Part shown: positions 25,228 through 32,867 of the stretch, one piece after another | Numbering within the stretch: the stretch's first letter is position 1 | Layout: the number at the start of each line of letters is the position of its first letter | Source: a virus | Lineage: Duplodnaviria; Caudoviricetes | Direction: 5' to 3' (one strand) | DNA: 36,978 nt | IMG/VR virus record: IMGVR_UViG_3300048576_000525 | Location: 1 to 36,978 of that record | The notes under the pieces: generated by a model | Told to the model about the DNA's origin: nothing | Databases searched by the model: none | Seen by the model: the letters and a program-made list of their open reading frames with translations, nothing else | Program-made: the position numbers and the translations under genes

Positions 25228-25703
25228 CCTTCCACCTCCTGGGGCAGGGACGTGACCACCACCTGGCTCTTCAGGAGGTCCACCGTGTTCTGGAAGGCCC
25301 GCTCCAGCACGGCTGGCGGGAGATGAAGGGCGTAGACAGAGCCAGAGCGCGCCATACCAGCCATCACGCAATCGGTGATGAACTCCAGCACGTCGATGAG
25401 GTTCACGTCGTCGGGCACACCATCAGGACTATTCAGATGATGGCGGTTGACCTTCCGATGGTTGTCCCACCACCCCGTCTGTTCAAAGCCGGTGATGAAG
25501 TCGGCGTGGAACTGATCGAGAGCGTCTAGCTTGTCAGGGTCGTGGTGGACTCCAGCCTTCTCGATGAGCACAGCGAAGAGGTGCATGCCGTCGTAGACGT
25601 CGCGGCAGTGCATGAGGCTGCTGAGCTGGAGCTGCTGTTTCGTGACCTTGGAGTAGTCGCAGGTTCGGGTGTCCGCAGTCGGGCTCGGGGAGATATGGAT
25701 CAC
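25224..25703 (-). CDS. DUF5662-like HD-superfamily phosphohydrolase
   Basis: H...HDPDK...H...NRHH...LIDVLE...D..A pattern. Confidence 0.65.
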   Translation of the reverse strand: MIHISPSPTADTRTCDYSKVTKQQLQLSSLMHCRDVYDGMHLFAVLIEKAGVHHDPDKLDALDQFHADFITGFEQTGWWDNHRKVNRHHLNSPDGVPDDVNLIDVLEFITDCVMAGMARSGSVYALHLPPAVLERAFQNTVDLLKSQVVVTSLPQEVEG

Positions 25704-25879
25704 GGCTTCACCTCCTGGGCGGAGGCGCGGCGGCCCAGGCGGTCGATCTCCGCCTCAAGGTCGCGGAGCTCCTGGGACCTGATCTCCTCCAGCGCGCGGC
25801 CGAAGTCGAGCATGGAGCTATGCGCGTGCTTGGTCTTGCTCGTCAGGCGGGCGAACGCTCTCGCTATGGTCGTCCTCAT
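25700..25879 (-). CDS. 59-aa hypothetical protein
   Basis: GGAGG RBS, coupled at both ends. Confidence 0.55.
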   Translation of the reverse strand: MRTTIARAFARLTSKTKHAHSSMLDFGRALEEIRSQELRDLEAEIDRLGRRASAQEVKP

Positions 25880-26334
25880 TTCCCACCTCCATTCCGGGGC
25901 CCGTTCCAGCGGGTGCTGATGCGGGCGGATACGCAGCGCTCCTTGGCGCGCCACAGGCCGATCAACGCCAGGAACAGGACGAGCACCACGAGGGCCCCGG
26001 GGAGATCCCCGGAGGCCATCAGCGCGGCCACCACGTCCGGGAGGAACCACAGGGCCGCGAGGGCCCCGGCGGCAAGCACCGCCAGGGCCAGCACGGTTGA
26101 AACGCGGATGCCGCCCATCATCGCGAGGCGGATGCGCTCGGCCTTCTCGTGCCGCAGCTCATCGCGCTCGGCCAGTACGCGGCGCCAGTCGTCCACGTGG
26201 AGCACCACGCGCTGGCTGCTTTCGCCGAGGGCGAAGCCCTCATCGAACATGCGCAGGAGGTCGTCAGCGGGCAGGCTCAGCGTCCCACCAGGGCCGGTCT
26301 CGAGCGCGGCATTGCGGAGATCTTCGAAGTTCAT
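25876..26334 (-). CDS. Hypothetical membrane protein
   Basis: 152 aa, two C-terminal hydrophobic helices, GAGG RBS. Confidence 0.65.
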   Translation of the reverse strand: MNFEDLRNAALETGPGGTLSLPADDLLRMFDEGFALGESSQRVVLHVDDWRRVLAERDELRHEKAERIRLAMMGGIRVSTVLALAVLAAGALAALWFLPDVVAALMASGDLPGALVVLVLFLALIGLWRAKERCVSARISTRWNGPRNGGGK

Positions 26335-26342
26335 GGCCCACC

Positions 26343-26930
26343 TCAGAACGGGATGTCGTCGTCGCCGAGGGGGTCACGCATCGGGGCCGGCGCAGCCGGG
26401 AGGGCGGCGCCAGGCAGGGGCGGCAGCTGCACGGACGGGTCGATCGGCAGCAGGGCGGGCGCGGCACCCGTGAGGATCAGGGTGATCTTGTGGTAGTGCT
26501 TCCCGTCGTACTGGCGGAAGCCCTTGTGCTTCGCGATGATCTCCACGATCTGGCCGGAGGCCTTCTCGAGCTTCACGGTGTCGAGCTGCCCGTTGGTGTG
26601 GGCGCCCAGGAGCTTCACGGCCATCTGCAGCGTCGCGAGGTTCTTTTCCATGGCGGCCTGGGCCTTCTCGGGCGTCAGGCCGGTGGGGATGTCGCGGGCG
26701 TCCAGTGCGATCAGCAGCTCGTCCGAGCACTGCCCGTTCTCGACCCGCAGGCCGATGTAATCCTTGCCGCTGTTGTCGAAGTGCTTGATGTAGGCCTTGC
26801 GCACGGTGGCCGTGTGCTTGGTCCAGCCATTGGCGTCGCAGGGGAAGGGCCGGCCGCCGGTGCTGGTGGGCTCCGTGCTGGTGTCCGCGATGCTCTGGGC
26901 GGTCATGCCGGGGATGGGGATGAGGGTCAT
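26343..26930 (-). CDS. Single-stranded DNA-binding protein (phage type)
   Basis: Pro/Ala linker and acidic tail DDDIPF; directly downstream of the Sak4-like gene. Confidence 0.7.
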   Translation of the reverse strand: MTLIPIPGMTAQSIADTSTEPTSTGGRPFPCDANGWTKHTATVRKAYIKHFDNSGKDYIGLRVENGQCSDELLIALDARDIPTGLTPEKAQAAMEKNLATLQMAVKLLGAHTNGQLDTVKLEKASGQIVEIIAKHKGFRQYDGKHYHKITLILTGAAPALLPIDPSVQLPPLPGAALPAAPAPMRDPLGDDDIPF

Positions 26931-26961
26931 GGTTCAGTCCTTTTCGAATGGGGGATGGGAT

Positions 26962-26985
26962 GGGGCGGCAGCGAACCGCCGCCCC
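26962..26985 (-). other. Intergenic UUCG hairpin
   Basis: GGGGCGGCGG-TTCG-CTGCCGCCCC, no U-tract. Confidence 0.5.
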
Positions 26986-26991
26986 GGTTGG

Positions 26992-28296
26992 TCACTGCTG
27001 GAAGCGCTGGTGGAGCCAGGGGATGAACGCGGCGCGCTTCTGGGGGTCCTTCAGCTGGGCCACCACCGCGGCGCAGAACTTGACGCTGAGGGAGGTCCAG
27101 TCCGCCGCGCCGTCCTTCGTGGGCTTGGCAGCGCCTTCCTTGGAGAGGGCGTACGCCCACATGGCGGTGGTGCGGACCTTGTGCTCGGCGCAGAGGTCCA
27201 GCAGCTCCCGCGCGTCTTCGGGCTTGGCCCGCTCCGGGCTGATGGCGTCCACGAAATCGGAGGCGGCCTGGGAGACCTGCGCGGGGGCCTTCTCCTCCGT
27301 GCGCTCCTCCAGGATCGTGCCCGCGACCTTCTTGTAGCCTTCGGGGTCCTTCTCGGGATCCGGCACGCGGGGGTCCGGCGCGGTGAGGGACTGGCGCAGC
27401 TCGGACTTGGCGGCCTCGGGATCCTCCGCGTAGCGGGCCTCCCATCGCGCCAGATCAGCCTTGCGCTCGGCCTCGGGCGTCTTCGCCGTGCTGGTGGCCC
27501 AGCTCGCGAGGAGGTCCAGCCACACCTGATCCACGGCCGGAGCCGCAGGCTCAGGGGCGGGTGCAGGAGGTGCAGGAGGTGCAGGAGCATCCACGGGGGG
27601 CAGCTCGAGCTTGCCCTCGGGCCCGGCCTCGATCAGGCGGAGGTAATCCAGGCAGGGGCCCTGCCACACGGCAGGGACCCAGGGCAGGCCGCAGCGCTGG
27701 GAGTGCTCGGCGGGCGTGGTGTCCACCACGTAGCCCAGCTCGGCGTCGAAGCGCGCCTCGGCGGTGGGCAGGAGCTTGCCGGGGAGCTCCTCCACGCTCC
27801 TGCCCATGCCGTCCGGCTGGATGCGCTCCACGAGCCCGGAGCGCTTGGACACGCTGCGCCCGATCACGACGCCGGGGAGGCCCGTCAGCTGGGCGGCCTT
27901 GACGACGGCCAGCGCATAGTCGCGGAGGTCGCCGTACTGGGACAGCTCCAGCTTCAGGAGCACCTGCGAGCCCTGGCCCGCGCGCTCCTTCAGCCAGCGC
28001 GGAATCGCGAGCGTCAGCTCCGTGAAGCTGTCGAGCACGATGCGGTCGAACTGCGCGGTCTTCTCGGGGTTGCCCAGGATTTCGAGGATCTTGTCCAGGT
28101 CGTCCAGGCTCTCCGGGACCATGCCCACGGCAGCCGGGTTGAGCTGCCGCAGCACGGAGGCGGCCTTGGGCTCGGTGAGGAGCACCAGCGGCTTCCCGCC
28201 GCACGTGGCCCAGGTGGATTTGCCACCGCCTGTCACCCCGTGGAGGAACATGAACGGGCGGCAGATGGCGGGGGTTTCGGCGGTGAGGTACTTCAT
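26992..28296 (-). CDS. Sak4-like (AAA_24) ATPase/recombinase with C-terminal extension
   Basis: HGVTGGGKST Walker A, IVLDSFTE Walker B; flanked by Gp157 and SSB. Confidence 0.8.
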   Translation of the reverse strand: MKYLTAETPAICRPFMFLHGVTGGGKSTWATCGGKPLVLLTEPKAASVLRQLNPAAVGMVPESLDDLDKILEILGNPEKTAQFDRIVLDSFTELTLAIPRWLKERAGQGSQVLLKLELSQYGDLRDYALAVVKAAQLTGLPGVVIGRSVSKRSGLVERIQPDGMGRSVEELPGKLLPTAEARFDAELGYVVDTTPAEHSQRCGLPWVPAVWQGPCLDYLRLIEAGPEGKLELPPVDAPAPPAPPAPAPEPAAPAVDQVWLDLLASWATSTAKTPEAERKADLARWEARYAEDPEAAKSELRQSLTAPDPRVPDPEKDPEGYKKVAGTILEERTEEKAPAQVSQAASDFVDAISPERAKPEDARELLDLCAEHKVRTTAMWAYALSKEGAAKPTKDGAADWTSLSVKFCAAVVAQLKDPQKRAAFIPWLHQRFQQ

Positions 28297-28409
28297 CGCG
28301 CACCCCCGGCCCAGCCGTTGATCTTGCCGTCAGGCTGCCCGTGCTTCAGCCAGCCGCGCGCAACGCCGAAGGTCAGGAGGACGATCATCACAATCTGGGG
28401 CGCGTTCAT
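28293..28409 (-). CDS. 38-aa membrane peptide
   Basis: MNAPQIVMIVLLTFGVARGWLKHGQPDGKINGWAGGAR, ATGA-coupled at both ends. Confidence 0.55.
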   Translation of the reverse strand: MNAPQIVMIVLLTFGVARGWLKHGQPDGKINGWAGGAR

Positions 28410-28921
28410 CGGATCACCGGATACGTCGTGGAGCCTTCGGACATCACCACGCCCTCGGGCAGGGGCTCACCCGCCTTCAGCGCGTCCTTCAGGGCGGCCT
28501 TGTTCAGCTCGGGATCGCGGACCCGGTAGAACCGGGCGTCCAGCTCCCACGCGTTCACGCCGGGCTTCAGTTCGAAGGCCTGCGTGGAGCGGGTCTGGTT
28601 GTAGACCGTGAACCGGGGCGTCTTGACCTTGCCGCCCAGCGCCTCGAGGGCCGGGACGAGCAGGGACTTCAGGCGGGCCTGGGCGCTCTCCAGGGACTCC
28701 TTGCGCCCCTGCAGGCGCCCGATCTCCGCGGCCAGCGCCTCAGCCTCGAGGCCCATGGACTTGACGACGCAGGCCGTGGCTTCCACCTTCTCGGCGCCGG
28801 CGGCTTCGATCGCCTCCCAGGCCGCCTGGATCTCGGGCGTCAACTCGCCGCCGGACTCCTCCAGCGCCTGCGCGATGCGCTCGAACTCGATCGGGATCTC
28901 GTAGAGCCGGAGGGTGCTCAC
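28406..28921 (-). CDS. Siphovirus Gp157-family protein
   Basis: LYEI...GELTPE...EKVE...EI.RLQ.RK...KVKTPRFTV...LNK..LK.ALKAG. Confidence 0.85.
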   Translation of the reverse strand: MSTLRLYEIPIEFERIAQALEESGGELTPEIQAAWEAIEAAGAEKVEATACVVKSMGLEAEALAAEIGRLQGRKESLESAQARLKSLLVPALEALGGKVKTPRFTVYNQTRSTQAFELKPGVNAWELDARFYRVRDPELNKAALKDALKAGEPLPEGVVMSEGSTTYPVIR

Positions 28922-29721
28922 TTCTCACCTCCGTCTTCCGCCGGGACGTCCCAGCTGTAGAGGTCGATCGCACGCTGGAGGGCAGCCCAGGCCTTGGGCC
29001 GGTCCTGCGCCCAGAGCGCACGCCACACGGCCTCGGAGGCGGGCCAGGCCTTGCGCCTGAGGCCGGCGGCCACACCCGCCTCCTCGAGCTGGTCCAGGGC
29101 CGCGTCGAACAGCTGCTGCTGCTCCCCAGGGGGGCGCAGCTCGAACGGCTCCTCGGCATCGGCGGGGGCCATCTCAGGCTCGGCGGAGGCGTACTGGGCC
29201 AGCCAGGAGGCGATCTCCTCACCCGTGGGGATGGAGGTATGCTCGGCGCCCTCGCGCATGGCGACGTGCAGGGCGGTGTAGGCGGCCTTGCGGTCCTTCT
29301 TGAAGGCCTCGAGCCACTCCGTGGTGTTCACCTCCGCGCCATCCGATTCCGAGCGGTCGCAGAGCTGGCTCAGCAGGCTGTCGAAAGCCTCCTCCTGGTC
29401 CTCACCGGAGAGGTTCGGGAAGACCAGGAGCTCCAACGGCAGCTCCGGCAGTTCCTGCGCGGCGGCCCCATCGAACGGCAGGGGCACACCCGGGGCGGGA
29501 ACCTCAGGCACCGGGTCCGGACGTGGGCCGGTCTCGTACACGTCCTCCTCCTCGAGGCCCACGGCGCTGTCCAGCACCTTGGCGGCGCGCTTGTAGTAGT
29601 CCCGCGCGTCCTTCTTGTCCTTCAGCGTGGGCTTGGCGGTGTATTCCAGCCGCGTGGCCGCACGGGCACCAAGCTGCAGCGCCAGGTCGATCGCGGTGGT
29701 GGGGGTGGTGGAGTCAGCCAT
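28918..29721 (-). CDS. Acidic hypothetical protein with an internal duplication
   Basis: 267 aa; two related segments Q..FD..L.QL...W......D...A...L. Confidence 0.7.
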   Translation of the reverse strand: MADSTTPTTAIDLALQLGARAATRLEYTAKPTLKDKKDARDYYKRAAKVLDSAVGLEEEDVYETGPRPDPVPEVPAPGVPLPFDGAAAQELPELPLELLVFPNLSGEDQEEAFDSLLSQLCDRSESDGAEVNTTEWLEAFKKDRKAAYTALHVAMREGAEHTSIPTGEEIASWLAQYASAEPEMAPADAEEPFELRPPGEQQQLFDAALDQLEEAGVAAGLRRKAWPASEAVWRALWAQDRPKAWAALQRAIDLYSWDVPAEDGGEK

Positions 29722-29990
29722 CACAGCCCCCTCGTCACCAGCACCGGGCACTGGACGGCCACGACCACGTCAACGGAGAACGCGACAGCCATCCGGCGGC
29801 GGCGCATCTCGCGGGCCACGGTCTCGCCCACGCAGGTGATCTCGCGGCCGATCTCCTGGATCCGGTCCCAGGCGCGGGGATCGTCGGAGAGCTGCAGGTG
29901 GTGGAGCTGCTCCACCAGCCCGCGCAGCGTCTCGCGCGCGACGTCCTCCGTGCGCCGTGGCGCGATGGGGGGTTTGAGACTATTGTTCAT
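29721..29990 (-). CDS. Hypothetical early protein
   Basis: 89 aa, AAGGAG RBS, TGATG-coupled. Confidence 0.7.
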   Translation of the reverse strand: MNNSLKPPIAPRRTEDVARETLRGLVEQLHHLQLSDDPRAWDRIQEIGREITCVGETVAREMRRRRMAVAFSVDVVVAVQCPVLVTRGL

Positions 29991-30288
29991 GAGTGCTCCT
30001 TGCGCGCTGTGCGCGCGGTTTGCCTGCCCCCGTTGCCGCGGGGGTTTTTCGTGGGACCCGGGGAACCGCCCGGGCGGTGGGAGTGGCCGCCTGCGGGTTG
30101 CGCAGCCACTCCTCGATCTCAGACCAGTAGAAAATCCAGCCCGGCCCGAAGGGATTCGGATGGGCCGGGAACCCGGCGCGGCGGATCGCCCGCGTCAGGG
30201 TGTAGCCGTGCATGGTCTTCCGGCCCCGGAGCTGTGCCAGGCGGGCGCGGACGTCCACGGCGCAGAGGATGGGCTCCCCCTGGATCAC
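29980..30288 (-). CDS. Excisionase/AlpA-like DNA-binding protein
   Basis: GTGA-coupled to cro; TLTRAIRRAGFP...WIFYWSEIEEWL winged-helix pattern. Confidence 0.7.
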   Translation of the reverse strand: MIQGEPILCAVDVRARLAQLRGRKTMHGYTLTRAIRRAGFPAHPNPFGPGWIFYWSEIEEWLRNPQAATPTARAVPRVPRKTPAATGAGKPRAQRARSTHEQ

Positions 30289-30512
30289 AGGCCCGGCTCC
30301 CCGGCGCCCGTGGCCAGCCAGGGGGCGGGGACGCCCAGGGCCAGGGCCAAGCGGCCCAGGTTGCGCGCCCGGGGGGAACGGTTGCTCGACTCCCACCGGG
30401 AGACTGCCCCCCTGGTTGCGGGGACCCTGGACGCGAGGTCCTCCTGGGTCCACCCGCGCATAACCCTTGCGTATTCAACGCGCCCGCCGAAAGTCGAGGT
30501 GTCGAACTGCAT
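30285..30512 (-). CDS. Cro-like XRE HTH regulator
   Basis: FGGRVEYAR..RGWTQEDLA...RGAVSRWE...P....LA.ALGV...WL..G. Confidence 0.88.
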   Translation of the reverse strand: MQFDTSTFGGRVEYARVMRGWTQEDLASRVPATRGAVSRWESSNRSPRARNLGRLALALGVPAPWLATGAGEPGL

Positions 30513-30526
30513 GTTTTTCCCCAAAA

Positions 30527-30656
30527 TAGTTGCGTCGCCTGTTGACAAAACGAACCCACAACGCAAAATGTTCTGCGTTGGTGAAAGCGGACTCGGCGAT
30601 TCCGAGGTGCCTCAAGGGTTGCGCTAGTTGCGCAACTTGTCAACAGGGGTTGCGCG
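30527..30656. promoter_or_regulatory. Immunity region: face-to-face promoters and GTTGCG operators
   Basis: TTGACA at 30542 (+) and 30643 (-) within an 11-bp inverted repeat; palindromes AGTTGCGCAACT and CAACGCA-N8-TGCGTTG. Confidence 0.7.
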
Positions 30657-30667
30657 GGGGGTGTGAT

Positions 30668-31075
30668 TTGGATCACAGCATCGGGGAGTGCATAGCCGCA
30701 GCCAGGAAGGCTAAGGGCTGGAGCCAGCAAGACTTAGCCGATGCTGCAGGAGTGGGGAACAAGTCCACCGTGAGCCGCTGGGAGCGCGGGGAGGGGCTAT
30801 CGCCTGAGCGGGTCGCGCAACTGGAGAACCTGCTGGACGTGACTCTGGAGGCCGGGTGGCACAACGGGGACTCCCGGGAGGCGAAGCTCGCCGCTGCCAT
30901 CACCCTGGACTGGTGCCTCGTGGCCCGCGCCTGCTGTCTCTTGGATACCGTGGGCCTCAACATGACCGAGCGCCACAGGGCCGCGGCGCTGAAGCAGCTC
31001 TACGTCCTGGGGATCAAGAACCCATCCAGGCTCACCGAAGACGCAGCCGCAACGATCGCGCACTCAATTTCCTAG
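30668..31075 (+). CDS. Repressor (XRE HTH, no peptidase domain)
   Basis: IGECIAAARKAKGWSQQDLADAAGV..KSTVSRWERG; divergent from cro; TTG start inferred. Confidence 0.8.
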   Translation: MDHSIGECIAAARKAKGWSQQDLADAAGVGNKSTVSRWERGEGLSPERVAQLENLLDVTLEAGWHNGDSREAKLAAAITLDWCLVARACCLLDTVGLNMTERHRAAALKQLYVLGIKNPSRLTEDAAATIAHSIS

Positions 31076-31084
31076 GAGGCCCGC

Positions 31085-32302
31085 ATGGCACGCGCGTTTG
31101 GCCTCCGGAAGGTTGGCCGCTACTGGCACGCCGATTTCTGGGTGGGCGCGAAGCACATCCACCGCTCCACCCGCATGACGTCCTTCCCGGACGCTGAGGA
31201 CGTCGCGCGGCAGTGGCACACGGAGGAGCAGCGCAAGGCGCAGGGGTTGCCCGTGGACCAGGGCCTCACCGTGCGCGAGCTGTGGGCGCGCTGGTGGGCT
31301 GGCACGGAGTCGTACCTCTCGGAGAGCCACCGCAACCGGGTTGCGCAGGACTGGGACCTCTACGTGCTCCCGGCCTGGGGGGATCGTCCCGCGAAGGGCA
31401 TCCGCACCGCGGACGCGGAGGAGCTCCGCCGGGACTTCCTGGCCTCTCCCAGCCTGCGCAACGCCCACTACGCGGAGAAGATCACGGCACGCTGCAAGCG
31501 GGAGGAGAGGGACGTACCGCCCCCTGCCCCGCGGTCGATCGCCAGCGGGAACAAGCTGCTGTTGCACGCCCACCTCGTCTGGACCTGGGCGGTCAAGCGC
31601 GCGGAGATCCTGGCCCGCGTGCCCTGGAGCGTGCATATCGATGACGCCCAGGAGAAGCCGAAGGACACCTTGAGCGAGAGCCAGATCCGGGACTTCCTGG
31701 CGCAGATCGACCGGACGGCACGGAACCCGCACGTGCACGTTGCCGTGCGCGCGATGCTCTACCTCGCGCTGCGCGAGAAAGAGGCCCTGGTGATGCGCTG
31801 GGAGTGGTTCAGCCCGGACCTCGCGACGTTCCAACACGGGGAGCGCAAGGCGAAGGACGCCCCGCGGTATCCGGTCCCCCTGGACCTCCGGGAGCGCCTG
31901 CAGGCCCTGTGCCCTGCCCCTCCTGGGAAGGCCTGGGAGCGCCCGGCCTCGGGGCTCGTGCTCCCGCGGATGGTGGACGGCGAAGAGGCCCGGCACTGGG
32001 GGCAGTTCACGACGAAGGCCATCGCACGGGCCGCGAAGACCCTGAAGCTGAAGCTCACCCCGCACTCCCTGCGGCACAGCTGGGCCACGATGACCGCCCG
32101 TAAAACGGGAAATGCCCATCTCGTGAAAGATGGGCTGGGCCACAAGGCCCTCAACACCGCGACGAAGTACGTGAAGCTCAGCACCCGCGACCTGGCGGAG
32201 GCCCAGGCCAAGGTGTTCGGAGACCTGGCGGAAAAACCCTCACAGCCCGCGCACAAGTTAATTCACCACACCCTCGCAAGGATGCGCAAGAAAACGGGTT
32301 AG
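31085..32302 (+). CDS. int: Tyrosine recombinase, phage integrase
   Basis: ALREKEAL (R), HSLRHSWAT, LGHKALNTATKY; AGGAGG RBS; abuts att. Confidence 0.95.
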   Translation: MARAFGLRKVGRYWHADFWVGAKHIHRSTRMTSFPDAEDVARQWHTEEQRKAQGLPVDQGLTVRELWARWWAGTESYLSESHRNRVAQDWDLYVLPAWGDRPAKGIRTADAEELRRDFLASPSLRNAHYAEKITARCKREERDVPPPAPRSIASGNKLLLHAHLVWTWAVKRAEILARVPWSVHIDDAQEKPKDTLSESQIRDFLAQIDRTARNPHVHVAVRAMLYLALREKEALVMRWEWFSPDLATFQHGERKAKDAPRYPVPLDLRERLQALCPAPPGKAWERPASGLVLPRMVDGEEARHWGQFTTKAIARAAKTLKLKLTPHSLRHSWATMTARKTGNAHLVKDGLGHKALNTATKYVKLSTRDLAEAQAKVFGDLAEKPSQPAHKLIHHTLARMRKKTG

Positions 32303-32314
32303 GCCGCGGGAGCG

Positions 32315-32364
32315 AAGGTCTCATAATCCTTAGGTCCCCGGTTCGAATCCGGGCCCAGCCACCA
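32315..32364 (+). pseudogene. 3' half of tRNA-CAT (probably elongator Met) = prophage att core
   Basis: CTCATAA loop, TCCTT, AGGTC, CCCGG-TTCGAAT-CCGGG, CCCAGCC-A-CCA; no D arm or 5' acceptor upstream. Confidence 0.9.
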
Positions 32365-32376
32365 GCAGCCATCTTG

Positions 32377-32401
32377 AACGGAGCCCCGCGCTCCGTTTTT
32401 T
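32377..32401 (+). terminator. Rho-independent terminator (repeat unit 1)
   Basis: AACGGAGC-CCCGC-GCTCCGTT followed by a T run. Confidence 0.8.
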
Positions 32402-32567
32402 GTGCCTCCCTGGAGGAACGCGGGCCCGGATCCGGACCGGGGAGAGCCAGCGGCGGCCCGGCAAGCCCGCAGCGAGCAGGGCCCCGGTGGGGCCCGGCGC
32501 AGCGCCCGCGGGCGGGGCCAGCCGCTGGCGGTTCGAATCCGCCCCCAGCCACCAGCAGCCATCTTGT

Positions 32568-32592
32568 ACGGAGCCCCGCGCTCCGTTTTTTT
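32568..32592 (+). terminator. Rho-independent terminator (repeat unit 2)
   Basis: ACGGAGC-CCCGC-GCTCCGT followed by a T run. Confidence 0.8.
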
Positions 32593-32867
32593 GTGCCTCC
32601 CTGAAGGAACGCGGCCCGGATCCGGACCGGGGAGAGCCAGCGGCGGCCCGGCAAGCCCGCAGCGAGCAGGGCCCCGGTGGGGCCCGGCGCAGCGCCCGCG
32701 GGCGGGGCCAGCCGCTGGCGGTTCGAATCCACCCCCAGCCACCAGCAGCCGAGCCTCGCGGCTTCCGATTCCTGCATTCCCACCCACCCTGGCAGCCGCA
32801 CTGGTGGTGCCTTGGCCGTGGAATAAGGCATGCATCCCCAGCCCCCATGCCCGATAGAATCGAGTCC

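Larger units (their letters stand above)
1..32364 (-). mobile_element. Lambda-like (cos, siphovirus) prophage integrated at a tRNA-CAT gene; left end lies outside the window
   Basis: Ordered tail, head, packaging, replication, recombination, immunity and integrase modules; ends at a 3'-half tRNA (32320-32364) just after the integrase stop. Confidence 0.95.
32340..32750 (+). repeat. 190-bp tRNA-linked tandem repeat, two full units and a 31-bp partial third
   Basis: GGTTCGAATCC...CCCAGCCACCAGCAGCC recurs at 32340, 32530, 32720; intervening sequence nearly identical. Confidence 0.95.

Noticed and set aside
27561-27587. 9-bp tandem repeat GTGCAGGAG x3
   Set aside because: Encodes a Pro/Ala linker in the Sak4-like protein; no sign of a separate function
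31085-32302. Phage integrase acting as the integron integrase
   Set aside because: Lacks the IntI-specific insertion (YLP.AL.RKYP...W.W.F) and sits beside the tRNA att, 8 kb from attI
32290-32364. Complete tRNA gene
   Set aside because: No 5' acceptor strand or D arm; the upstream sequence is the integrase end
32340-32750. Repeats as a CRISPR array
   Set aside because: The intervening sequences are near-identical rather than unique spacers, the period is 190 bp, and no cas genes are present
32400-32867. N-terminal 156-aa extension of HsdR
   Set aside because: It is read-through of the non-coding repeats; the HsdR motif starts at ATG 32868
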